From Azolla caroliniana (Eukaryota > Plantae > Polypodiophyta): DNA of 64,000 bases. The stretch is taken from contig JBHGNT010000018.1 in the NCBI GenBank assembly GCA_043228905.1, positions 4,216,001 through 4,280,000 on the forward strand. Reading direction: 5' to 3'. Position numbers and translations under genes: made by a program. The notes beneath the pieces are model-generated. The model did no database searches, was not told where the DNA came from, and saw nothing but the letters and a program-made list of their open reading frames with translations. Below, one piece after another: positions 1 to 12,527 of this stretch (positions within the stretch are counted from its first letter, which is position 1; every line of letters starts with the position of its first letter).

Positions 1-272
1 GATGTACAATATGTGTGGCATGGATATAAAATGTGTGTATGGCATGGATGAGTGATGTGTGTGTATAATGAATGGACGATGCATGTAAGGATGTATGGTG
101 TGTACGTAGGAAATTAAGAAGATTTCTGTAGTTCTTCTGGAATTCCTCTAAAGCTCTAAATTTCAAAAAATGATGTCTTGATTATCTACAGCCACCTTAG
201 TATGACCAGAATTCACAATTCCTCTAGAGTCTATTAATAGCAAGGAAATGCAATTTCACAGTTGCTTAATAC

Positions 273-3200
273 CTTGTGAAACTCCAAAGTATCACCACCA
301 GATTTGCGGACCTCGACCATAAAAAGCGATGGTGCCACTTGAAATACCTGCCACCCAAAACCATTGTTTCTTTTTAGTTCCATTGTTATTATCTTTGTCC
401 TTTCTTTTTCTTGTAAGTTACAAACTGTTTTGTATGTAAAGCAACTTTAAAAACAAATTGTCTTTACAATCCATATAGATCTTCTTGAAACCAACCTGTG
501 TTGCCACAGAAAGATGACCTTTTCTTCCTTTTTTTTCTCCTTGTAGCTTCAGCTATGTATACATTACACAGCACCAGAGTTAGTAAAAACACCAGAACTA
601 GTAACAAATAGAATATTATCATTCTATGCATTTTTCAAATCACTACCTTGTAGTTCTTCTTCTCAACATTGAACCCTAACGGCTTTGCAGTTGATTCAAT
701 CTTGGAAACAATTTCCTGAGCTGGACATTTGGATGTGAATCGAGTCTCACGTTTCACGAGATCCTGCAAGGACTTTGTCAATTTAAAAGTGTTGAGAATC
801 AAACTCAACCTAGTCTAATGTGTGAACACACCCTTTGAGAATGTATGAGTATTTAAAAGTCAAAGGTTGTCACTAACTCTCCAACATTAACTATGTGTCA
901 TAGAATTATATTCTATGACACATAACTAATGAGGTTCCACATTCCCCATGACACAGGAGCTTCTATAATTACTAGAGAGAGAGAGGGTGACTTTATATAA
1001 AGACCCTCCTTCCTTTGTATTGGTTGGTTGTTTTCTATTGTATTTCTTACTCCTTGTTATTAATATACATTTGAGTCTTTTTATTTTCCTATCTATCTTG
1101 TGTCTCTTCTCTCCTCTGTCACACACACATAGCACACATCTCTAATCTATTCCGCATAACATAATTACACTAGCTAATTATTTACAAAAAGGTTGTTTCC
1201 TAAATTGGCAATGAGGACGGGGACTTGACCTAGTGGTTTGGACCCTTGCCCTTTGAGCCATAGGTCAAGAGTTCAACTCCCATCCCCAGCCTCGATCACC
1301 TATTAAGAGAGAAAAACAAGATAGTACATGCTGAAGCATAATCTGAAAGTATTGCCTCTGTGACATTCATTATTAAAACCCTTTATTATTTCTAGTTTGA
1401 TGCAAAAAACACATGTTAAAATATTTCACGTTGTAGTATTATCCTTCACATAATGGTAACAATCATTGTGACAATCTTCATGTTTTAGATTGATGCACAA
1501 TGACATAACACTGCATTCATTAGAAAAAAGTTCCATGTTTTGTTCTAACACGCAATAACATAATGTTACATTCATTATAAAACACCGCCTTCATCTTTTA
1601 GTTTAATGCACAATGAAATAATGTTGCATTTACTATACAACATCTTCATGTTTTAGTCAGATGCACTGTAGCCATTCCTACTCCCACCTGAAGATATAAC
1701 TATATGATTTCACTTTCACTAAGTTGAAAGGTTTCTCATAAATCAAAATGCAACCCTACTGTTGTGGTTTATGTAACAGGATTCTATTATCATCTCTTAA
1801 ATAGCACCTTTATCTTCTCTATACAAAGCACCCAATAGCAGCCTTATACCCTAGAGTCTATATATGTTAATAAAATGCAATTCAGGGTTCTACCTCACGT
1901 GTCTCTCATCAGGTTCAAGTCTCAAGTAATGGATCTAAAGTTATGTTCATTATGAACACCTTCCCGTTTTTGTTTGATATTGTGCACACAGTAAGTTCTC
2001 TCCCCTAAAAATATGGCCTTAACAAATTCACTTTCCACAACCCAAGGGCCTATGATAGAATTGCCTTATTAAAGGCAATGCTAACAACAAAGGAAGAAAA
2101 AAGAAGTTTAACCTGCTGCTTCTCAAAAAGATTGGAGAGATCAAGTCCTCGTGACATTGATATCAGTTCAAATGCATTCATCATCACAGGTTGCGGTTCC
2201 TTCTTCTCAGTAACAAAATGCTCCTAAAAAGGTAAACCATTGATTCTGCTTATATCAAGTTTTAATAGTGTCTGAATAAAGAATAAAAGATGAGGTTCAT
2301 ATTGCAAGAGTTACCGCCGATTCATTAAAGACTGCATCCACATCATCGAGCGTGCTTGCACCATCCTCTTGAAATTCAGCTGGAGTATAATCAATCTTGA
2401 ACCATTGATGCTCTAGAATCTCAGGGATTGTGATTCGCTGAAAATCACAATGTGAAAACTCAAAAGATCAAAAAATGTGAATGTTCACGATTCAAAAAAT
2501 TGAGACTCAAAAGTCAGAAATTCACAAAATATGAAACTCAAACGTAAAACAATAGCAAAATCTTAATTCTATACGCTATAAAAAAATGCATGAGTGGTAA
2601 ATAAATTAGAGATTTTAGACATGAACATAGATAGCACATAATATATTTAACATAAAAATTCTTGATTATTGGTATAGATTGCTGACTGAGAAGCTAAAAG
2701 CTAATATATACTTAATGCCAAGTAAGTTTGAAATGGATCTTAAAACTACAAAGTAATCTAGTAAGCAAAGAAGTCTGGCAATCTGAAACAGAGATAAAGA
2801 AAGAAAGAAAGATTTTTACAGCTACAAAAGACTGAAACTGGCCTATAAAACAAAACATGTTTGTTGAATTTAAGGTTACATTTTTTCTGTAAATTAGCTT
2901 ACATTTTCAGGTTTAGGGTGAAGAATTCTTGAAATCAATTTTTTCGCACCCGATGAGAACCATCCAGGGCATTTGAAATCAGCTCTAGATATCTGCAAAA
3001 TGTAAATTATGATGTTCAAAGGTTCATAAAAACCTTAATATGAAAACTAGTATTTTGTGAAAGGTAGTATTGCCTTCTTATAGAGATCGATCATGTTTTC
3101 CTCATCAAAAGGCAAGTAACCAGCCATAAGAACATAGAGAATAACACCACATGACCATAGATCTGCAGTTGCACCACTGTAACCTTTGTCATTGATTACC

Positions 3201-5173
3201 TAAGAGATAAGAAATGAGTGTGAATGCTGTCTAATAAAAAATGAATAATCGTAATGAACCTTGAGAAATATCACCTCAGGAGCCACATAATTTGGAGTAC
3301 CACATGCAGTATGAAACAAGCCATCTTCCTGAAAAATTTCATGATTAAGGATGCAGAAACTTTGTAAATCTTACAGGTAATACAATCACATATATGAACA
3401 TCAGAGCATTATGCCCTTGACCATTCAGATGAGTGCATTGTCCTCAAAAAACTATGAAAATTTTGACCAATCATTCATACATCTCACCCTAACTTGTTGT
3501 GAAAGAGCACTTAAGCCGAAATCTGATACTTTGAGGTTTCCATGGACATCAAGCAGCAAGTTTTCAGGCTGTGAGAAACAAACAAAAACACATAACAAAT
3601 TCTAAATACAGGGCCACATTATATGGTTGCAAACATGCTTGATGTGAATGGATGACGAAAATCAATTCCTAACATTTTTTTGCAAACCTTTAGGTCTCTG
3701 TGATAGACTCCCCTGCTATGACAGAAGTCTACAGCATTAATAAGTTGCTGAAAATAACGCCGTGCTTCTTCCTCTTTCAACTTAACTTGGTGGACCTACA
3801 CAACAAAGCTTATCTATAACTCCGCTCACAATGACATTCATCCTCACACTTATGTTAATTACTACTGACTTTTTTGTCAAAAAGATTTCTCTTCCACTTG
3901 CAAAGTTCAAAACATATCAGAAATAGAGACAGCTTCAAACTACCTTTCATATTGGGTGATATATATCTTATCAAACTTTCAAGAAATACCTCTAGCTTGA
4001 TGCCATTGTGATCATTCCCTAATTAATATTGCTGTAATTAATTCCTGATTAATGCCATTGTGGAACTAATTAGTAGCGAGATTAGTTTGATTCATGTCTG
4101 AGTGAAAATCATAGTGGATCATTGATGCAATTAGTAGAGAGATGTTAATTAGGAAGCAACCGCATTCACCGCTTTGCTATTTTTCCCATCATGCTTGCTT
4201 TAATCTCTCTAGGAGAAGCATTAATCATCCACAATGGCACTATGCAAGGGCATTCAATTTAAATGGCTTGGATGAAAGATAACTACTTGGAAATTTTGGA
4301 TATTTTCCCTAGAAAGATATAAACGCCTATCAATCAAGACAAACAACTACTTGGCATTTTTGGATATTTTCCCTAGAAAGATATAAACGCCTATCAATCA
4401 AGACAAACAATTGGTTGCAGTGGTTGTCATCACTCACAATTTTATCAAAGAGCTCTCCTCCATTCACAAACTCAAGCACTAGATATATTTTCTTTTTACT
4501 AGCCATGACCTGCAATAATAAAGACATTACACAATGTCAAATAATGTGTAATATTTGACGTCCACCTTAACAGTGCTTGTCTTAGAAATATCATAAAAAA
4601 CAGGAACAAAAAATAGCTAAGCAACAAAGATTAGCCAAACCTCATACAATTGGACAACATTTGGGTGTTTGATTAACTTCATGGTAGAAATTTCTCTCTT
4701 GATCTGAGGAAGAAAAAACATGCAAAGAAAAACCCAAATTAGCGAAAGATTGAATAGGAGGTGGAGAAAGAACTCAAAATTTCTCAATTTCACAACATTT
4801 CAAGTAAATAGAACTCTCTGCAATGAAGTTGAAAAAAAAATCAACTAAGATGAGAACAGGAAAAGCTTGATTTACACAACATTCTGAGAAATGCAAAGAA
4901 TTAAACAATTTGATTTACCAACAACCATTACAAGAAGAGATTGAAAGTCAAATGAATCATTTTAATTATAATGGAATAAAAAGAAGCTATTAATAGAATT
5001 GTTACCTGTTCAACCATGTGATGTTGTAGGATATGAGCCTTTTCCAATATCTTGATGGCAACATTCTCTCCTGTCTCAAGGTTTTTCGAATGCTTCACTT
5101 TAGCAAAGGAACCTTCACCAATAGTTCTACCAAGTTCATATTTCCCTATCTTAGTGCGAACAGATGTAGCCAT
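273..5173 (-). CDS. CIPK: CBL-interacting Ser/Thr protein kinase, intron-rich clade (CIPK3/9/23/26-like); last exon not found, probably left of the window
   Basis: Exons 5173-5006, 4703-4641, 4509-4438, 3795-3688, 3568-3488, 3328-3275, 3199-3074, 2992-2903, 2437-2315, 2223-2113, 763-647, 552-496, 347-273 splice in frame. Product: [46 protein letters not shown] motif ([19 protein letters not shown]), PPI region ([24 protein letters not shown]). Confidence 0.95.
790..1186 (+). mobile_element. Solo LTR (Copia family) in CIPK intron 10
   Basis: TGTTGAG...TTTACA termini, 5-bp TSD AAAAG (785-789 / 1187-1191), colinear similarity with the Copia LTR starting at 18170. Confidence 0.85.
1219..1318 (+). 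mobile_element. tRNA-derived SINE-like element
   Basis: GGGGAC start, A-box-like TGACCTAGTGG, B-box-like GAGTTCAACTCC, A-rich tail; no intact cloverleaf and no clear TSD. Confidence 0.55.
1360..1665. repeat. Degenerate ~64-bp tandem repeat (about 4-5 copies) in CIPK intron 10
   Basis: Recurring CATTCATTA..AAAAC..CTTCATGTTTTAGTTTGATGCACAATGA motif. Confidence 0.6.
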
Positions 5174-5459
5174 ACTGTTGATCACCCAAATGCTCAAATC
5201 GTGGTTCGAGGCTTCGAAATTACCTCAATTTAGATTGGAAGACCATTCAGTTTAATTTGTCACTATCAGGGCCATGTGTACAACTAATCCAAAGCTTGGT
5301 CTGCCACAGAGATCCTAATTTTGCTCCATCACAGAATCCCTGATCTTTCTCGCTGTGGAAGAAACCCTAATTTTGTTGACTGCCAGATACAATTTAGGCG
5401 AGAATGAGGGCCAATTTCTGTGTTTTTTGAACAATATTAATATACATATATACATATAT

Positions 5460-5820
5460 AGTTCATCTCTCTTTCAATTTCTCTCTATATATATACATTA
5501 GAAATGGAAAGAGAGAGGAATAACATCTTCATAAATTTATATGTATCTGCTTTATTTATTTTTATATTTTTCATCTCTCTTTTGTATATTTCAATTTCAT
5601 CTCTCTTTCATGTCTATATATATATATATATATTTATATATATTATTCTATATTTTTTATTTTTTTTTATATATATAATATAATATATATATATATATAT
5701 ATATTATATTGTAAATATTATTCTATATACATATATATATATAAATTGAAAGAGAGATGAAAAAACATAAAAAATAAATAAAGCAGATTTGAAAAATATA
5801 AAAATAAATAAAGCAGAAAT
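5460..5820. repeat. AT-rich foldback/inverted repeat upstream of CIPK
   Basis: TTCATCTCTCTTTCAATTT (~5462) versus AAATTGAAAGAGAGATGAA (~5743); ATCTGCTTTATTTATTTTT versus AAAAATAAATAAAGCAGAT; (AT)n core. Confidence 0.55.
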
Positions 5821-7701
5821 AAAGATGGTTTTTATTTTGGGGCAATAAATACAAATAAAGGAGTTAAATTTAGAGGAGTGGGGAGTCTACTTTTGTGATA
5901 GCTTTTTTTGTTGTTTGTTTGTTTGTTTGTTCTTTTGTTTCTCTTTCACTGGTGGTATCTAAGGGATAATGGACCATCAAGTGGTGTCACTCCGATGTGA
6001 GCCTCTCTATCTTATCTCTCTGGGACCCAAGAATCGGAGGAGAATGCATGGACACCTGTGACTGACACATGAATGTGATTCTAGTTCATCCTCAACCCCA
6101 TATCTTTTTTTTCCTGTAACACCGCCACATTTCGGAACATCTACTCACTTCGTTGTCCATGCTTCTTTGTTGTCACCATTCGCTGCTGGCCAGATTTGAT
6201 CTCATTGACTAACCGTAAATGTGATTCTAGATCATCCTCAACCCCCGGATCTTTTTTCATGTAACACACGACCACATTTTCGGAGCATCTGCTCACTTCG
6301 TTGTCCACAGTTCTTTGTTGTCGCCATGAGCTGGCTAGATCTAATCTCATTGTACGATAATGAAAAAAACAATATCATGTTGTTGTTCAATTCCAAATCT
6401 TCTTGTTTGATCACAATTCAATAAGAGAATTGTGCATGTCGTGTTTTTTTTAAGTTCTTCGCCTGCCTATGTCTCGATCTTCTTACATGTTTGTATACCG
6501 GTGTTGCATTCAACCTTCATTTCCTTTGCATCCCGACAATCGAATAAGGTATTCATTGAAAGAGGTAATGTCATACTCGAATGGGTAATGTGTCAAGACG
6601 ATGGCATATGAGTTAGCATCGGTCAATCAATCTATGTCATTGGGATGATAACGTTAATGGGATTGATTGGTTGACCGTTGAACCATGAACTACATCACTG
6701 AAGATGTGTTGATGGAAGAAGTCCCATATGGTTCTTCTTTGGTTCAAACCTATGTTTATCAGTTTTTGCACCACTAGTGTGTGATGTGCAAACTCATGTG
6801 TAAGACTCATCACAATTAACCTTCCACTGAGGAGCGTGTTGCACTCACATTGATTGCTTTCTATGGTTTCTTTTTGTTCTCTTTTTATTTGTTGGGCACT
6901 TTGGCTTTTTATTAAGGAATGATATAAGTTTCAATTGTTGGGTTGTGGAAAATGAATTATAAATTCATTTTGTAAGACAAAATTGTTTGTGTGCGTGATC
7001 TCAAACAAATAAGGTAATCACACGAATCTACAAACAATATTCGTTAGATTACAATGGTGGGAACATCTACAATCGTGTTACAGAATGTATGAAGGCAAAC
7101 AATTGTTAGTTCAATTTTGGTGGGGATGCCCAAAGTCTTTATCAAATGAATGGTATCTTTTTTGCACAAACTTTAACTCTTAAGCATTATGTTTGTGCAT
7201 TTAAAGTTAACCATTTAGCAAAGTACGTTTGTTGCCCCTATAGAAATGATCTTCCAAATCCAACTGGTTGTGACAGCCAAAGCCTCTTGAATGATCTATA
7301 AAGGCAACAATTTGGTAAACCAATTGGTTGAGGACGCCTGAAAGCCATGAAGTTGTTTTTAAATTGGATTCCTTGTCATCCATGATTTACTAATGTCACC
7401 TTCTAAAGACAACAATATCATTACACTGTTTGCACTGTAGAAAATGTGTTAATTCAAATTTATAAAGCCTCTTTGTTCTTATGAACAAAACATTGGTATG
7501 GATGATCTCAAAAATAAGAGTATTACTCAAACACACAACCTACTTAAGTAGGAAGCCCAAGCCACAACATAGTTCTGCATAAAACAAATGCTTCTTTACA
7601 ACAAATATAAGGAGTAATCCTATTTAAAAATTCTCGTCCAAAGAAAAGGGGAAAATATTGATATTTTATTTCTATTATGCTTGCTTTTGCTCTAAACCAC
7701 C

Positions 7702-8155
7702 TGTTAAGAATTAGGTAATTAATTAAGCAAGGATTAATTAGTACCTAATTATGTGATTAAATTAAGCGATTACGTAGTGGAAGATTAAGTTATATGTGCA
7801 TGTATGTGTGCGTGAGAGAAAGAGAGAGAGAGAGAGAGAAGTACACTTATGAACACCAAAACAAGATGGGGGATGATAAAGTATATTAAAAGGTAAATAT
7901 CATCATCTATCATCAAATACAAAAATACCTTCAATGAGGTATATATAGGTTTCATGTGCAAGGAGAATATAGGTACAACGTGTAAGTCCTATATTAAATG
8001 AGCATGGAGTGGTGGATCTACAATGTATCCCACTCGAGTACAAAATCCTATTTAAGGCTTTATGGTCAACACACTAACTAGATTCTATCTAGGTAACTAC
8101 TAAGTTACATGTGTTGACTAAATAACTAAACTAAGTTGAGCTTCATCTCTCAACA
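7702..8155 (-). mobile_element. Solo LTR (Copia-like)
   Basis: TGTT...AACA termini with 5-bp TSD CCACC (7697-7701 / 8156-8160). The minus-strand start TGTTGAGAGATGAAGCTCAACTTAG resembles the LTR starts at 790 and 18170. Confidence 0.85.
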
Positions 8156-8883
8156 CCACCTAACTAGTCCCAAGGAAAATACAACTTATTTCTACTATCA
8201 AACCAATTAGCAACCTAAATCATGTATAATCAAGCATGAGGACGAAGAAAGAGAGATCGAGAGAAACAAAAACAATATATTATATTGATGCAAGTTCCTT
8301 TATTCTCTACAAATAGAAGAGCAACCGTGGTTTAATTGTTGTTTACACGGTCAGACGTTGTTTTTACAAGTACTAATCTTTTGTATTATTGCTCCATTGA
8401 GTCTCTTTGATGACTATCATCTAAGGTTGAACAAGAAGGGAAAGTATATCATGTTGATTATGGATAGTGACAAAATATAAAACATAATTAGTATTCTAAA
8501 TCTTAATTGCCTCTTGTAACAAAGGTCTTCATTTGGAGAATTTTGATCGGAGTTTTGCCTTTGGATTAGCTCTAAAGTGATGTGGACTAGCAACAGGTAA
8601 TTGCTTCTTTTGCGTTGTCCAAGTACAAGATAATAGTCATCGTTTCATAAATGTCTGATTGCTTGTGAGATTTAAAGTAACATTTCTCAAATTTGACAAG
8701 TTTTATCACGGTGTTATTCGAATTTCGACACCAATACAATGGGTGTTTGCAAAATTCACACAATTAGACCCCAAATCAAATATGGAGATCATTTTCTTAT
8801 TTTTGAAGTATTGGGGATGGTGTCCTAATTGGGATATGCACAACACTTTTATATTTGATGGTAAGCATGGACTCAAAGCATAT

Positions 8884-10229
8884 TGTGGTGTGCACATGTT
8901 CCTTTGTGCCACCATTTTCGCACACCCTTTTTAGGATGCATGTACCTAAGCCGACCCACCCTTTTAGCACACCCTTTTTAGCTAAGCCAACCCAAATGGG
9001 TACCTTTGTATCAACTATAAATTGAGTAAGAAGTAAGAAGCTAAGTAGATTGGTTTTGATCTATTATGTGCATTTCACATATTGGTGGAGAAGCGGAGTA
9101 CCAGACCCCCACGTCCAAGCATCCACCTCTTCCCCCTCACCTTAGGTTGCCCACTAACTTCTTGTCCCACGAGTTTCCCATGATCCCCCTCCTACACAAT
9201 AGCCCTCATGTCCCCCACCTCAGTCAAGTCCAGGTGGCCCTCAGTCGACAGGAGGGATTGATCTTTCTCTGCCAATTGATCTTTCCTCGATCCCCCCTCC
9301 GACACAATAGCCCTCATGTCCCCCACCTCAGCCAAGTCCAGGTGGCCCTAAGTCCATAGGAGCAATTGATCTCTATCCGCCCCACCCCAGCCAAGTCTAG
9401 GTGACCCTCAGTCCGCAAGAGGGATTGATCTTTCTCTGCCAATTGATCTTTCCTTGATCCCCCTTTGACACGATAGCCCACATGTCCCCCACCTTAGCCA
9501 AGTCCAAGTGGGCCTCAGTTCGGATGAGCGATTGATCTCTATCCGCCAATTGCTAGCTCGTTTTTTGTCACTAGCCTCGTCCAACTATTATCTTATCAAG
9601 GCTGCTAGTTCCACGAGGATGTCCTCAACATCGTTGCAACTCAACTAGGTGTCCAAACTGGTATTTACATACCCATACCATCATCAAACAAATGGCCTCA
9701 CCGAACACTTCAACAAGATCCTCAAGAAGGAGATTGCCACTTACATCGATCCATGCAACAAAATCTGGGATCAAATCTTGTCTTTCGTCACCCATGCCTA
9801 CAATACATTCGTATAGGCGTCGACATGGATCAACCCTTTTTTTAGCACTCTATGGGTGTAACCCTCGCCTCCCACTAGAAGAGTTCATTGATGTCCATTC
9901 GAAACCTGCCAACATGGATAGTGCCACTTGGGAGCTCTATCTCCAACATATGCTCCCCCTCCTTCAACAAGCCACTGCTCCTGTTCTTGTTCTTGTTCCT
10001 GCTCCTCAGTATCTTGTTTCTCTCAGGGGGAAATGTGGTGTGCATGTGTTCCGTTGTGCCACCATTTTAGCACGCCCTTTTTAGGATGTATGAATCTAAG
10101 CCAACCCACCCTTTTAGCACACCCTTTTTACCTAAGCCAACCCAAATGGGTACCTTTGTATCAACTATAAATTGAGTAAGAAGTAAGAAGGTGAGTAGAT
10201 TGGTATTGATCTCTTATGTGCATTTCACA
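8884..10229 (+). mobile_element. Non-autonomous miniature LTR retrotransposon (TRIM-like, Ty3/gypsy-derived)
   Basis: 196-bp LTRs 8884-9079 and 10034-10229 (TG...CA), PBS TGGTGGAGAAGCGG (tRNA-Ala-like), PPT AGGGGGAAA, 4-bp flanking ATAT, internal integrase remnant (YHHQTNGLTEHFNK; WDQILSFVTHAYN; ALYGCNPRLP). Confidence 0.85.
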
Positions 10230-12527
10230 ATATCTATAAACATTAACGAGAGTGCAAATGTGACCATTTTCTTAATTGGAGAAGTAAAAATTGTTTCTTA
10301 GGTGGAGTGTTTGTCTTGCCGGTTGGCAATTCAACATGTAGTTAGTGAGTGACCATACTTCATTATCATATCCATTCTAGGTAGTGCTTTTCACACACAT
10401 TTCACAGAGAGAGAGAGAGAGAGAGATCCTCAACCCCTACATTCCACAATAGCATCTAGTAAATTAAGTGGATATGTATCTAGAGAGTTGAGAAAATTAG
10501 GTTTTGAACCCAAGACCTAGGGCGAATAATCTAACTTCCTACTAAGGTAACGTTGAGCTATGATGCAATCATTCCTTAGGTCTAGAATATTTTTAGAGCT
10601 ATCATCACCACTTGAGGCATTATTAAAAAATGCCAAAACATTTAGCGTTATATCGAAAGTGCTGAAATTTTCAATGCTATCACTATTTATTTATTTATTT
10701 TTATTGTCAAAGTTTTTAACACTTTTGATTATTGTTGGAATCTCTAACTCTTAAAAAATTCATAATAAACCTATCGCAATGCCAAAATCTTTGGCATTAT
10801 TATTTCCGACACTTTCTATCAACGCTGGAATTACCAACATTTTTGTTTTTCGGCATATTTTTAGTGTTACGAGTAAGGTGATCAAAGGAGGAGGAGACAA
10901 AAACTTGTTAGCATGAGATAGAGCACTATGGTGCTAGTGTAGCGATTGTAGTGTTGCCAAACCATTGTTGTCAATTTCAACTATTCTTTCAACACCATCC
11001 TTGTCTTTCTTCAATCTCATCAACTAGTAACAATAGATTATTTTCTCTTGCAACATGGAGGGTTCTTCACTATTGTTATCTCACACTAGGCACGAATGTT
11101 GCCCATAACACCTTCATGCTTGTCATCTTCAAATATTAATTTTGCCCTCATTCTTCTACATATTAGGCTAGACCTAACAAACTACTAACATTCCTCTCAT
11201 GGCAGCAAAAACACCAATATTGGTTATTTCCATTGACAAATCATCATTGTCATTTCCTAAACCTCTTCGTAGCATTTCACAAGAATTTTCAACAATTTTA
11301 CAATGTTGGGAATTTCAACACCAAGTGTTTTAATTTCTAGGCTGGTAAAAGATTGGTTTATGCATTACAAGGAAGGGCTGAAATTGCCCTTGGTGTTGTC
11401 ATGTATATAATATATCTAAGGCTAAGAGTTGTTTGCCAATATAAGGTGTAACAATTCAAAAGTGTGCTATAAACACCCTACAGGAAAAAACATCAAATTT
11501 GCCAAGCTAATGAGTTGCTTAGACAACTCTAAGGCACTTGACACTTGTTATTCTTCCAAATCATCTTGCTGATCAAGTAGATCATTACTACGTGACCATA
11601 CATGATGAGGATGTTTGTAAAGCAACAATCAATAAACAATGTTCATCAGTTTTTACTGATTTCATTTGCTCTTACTAAAAGACGTTGAATAGCACTTGAT
11701 TTGCATAGCCTTCTTAGGTGACATTTTCATTTCTTGTCCATCTCATGAAAAACATTTACGACACCTGCAAAATCTTTTGCTGAATGTGAAACTTCTCAAG
11801 AAACAATCAAGTAAATGTCCCATTTTATGTCCTTCATAACTGTATCCACATGGATCTCATAAAGATCAAGCAATCAATTTTCAGTTCTTCGCACCAATAT
11901 ACAATAACACAGTATTGATGAGTCCTGGCCGGATAACGTGTCGATCATGAAATCCAAAAAACACCAGCCAAAATATTCTAGGAGCACGTAACTAGTACCA
12001 TAGAAATACTCGAGGAAAATTGTGGTTGTGCCCCTCCAAGATTTATCCACCGTCAGGCTCTAGAAAAGATAAATTCATACAAACCAAAGGAAAGTATACA
12101 GCATAAACCTTTACCTGAATACAGAAATTAATAGAATCATCTAGATTTTCAAAGGTGGACAGTCAATGTTAAATTTAGGAACCTTGATGATCATGTGCCC
12201 ATACACACTTGTACATCCATGTCTCAAGAGTCTGGTTTTGGGGTTTCAGGTAGACCTAACCTCTCTTCTTCTTACTCTTCAATATTTTTGACTAACAATT
12301 TATGCTTAAATAGCAAGGTATCCAAAAGACAAATTTACCAATGAATTCGCTTTATCCATGGACCATAAATTTTGGCTATGTTCTACTTGAGACCATGTTC
12401 TCTGCAGTAAGAAATGAATAGATCCACACCTAGCTAGTATAATGTCTTCTATATAATACATGAATATGATTGATTACCCATGTGGAATCATTTATACTGT
12501 ATGTGACAAATGATTTGATACCACACG

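Noticed and set aside
1219-1290. Functional tRNA gene
   Set aside because: A/B boxes are present but the stems do not close into a cloverleaf; treated as a SINE.
6500-7500. Possible decayed transposase relics (also 42330-42900 and 61500-62800)
   Set aside because: Only vague motif hints; too degenerate to assign without a profile search.
11765-12114. Possible 3' UTR intron of ClpP5 (CAG|GTAA ... TTTTGCAG|G on the minus strand)
   Set aside because: Splice-like motifs occur by chance in AT-rich DNA; unsupported without transcripts.
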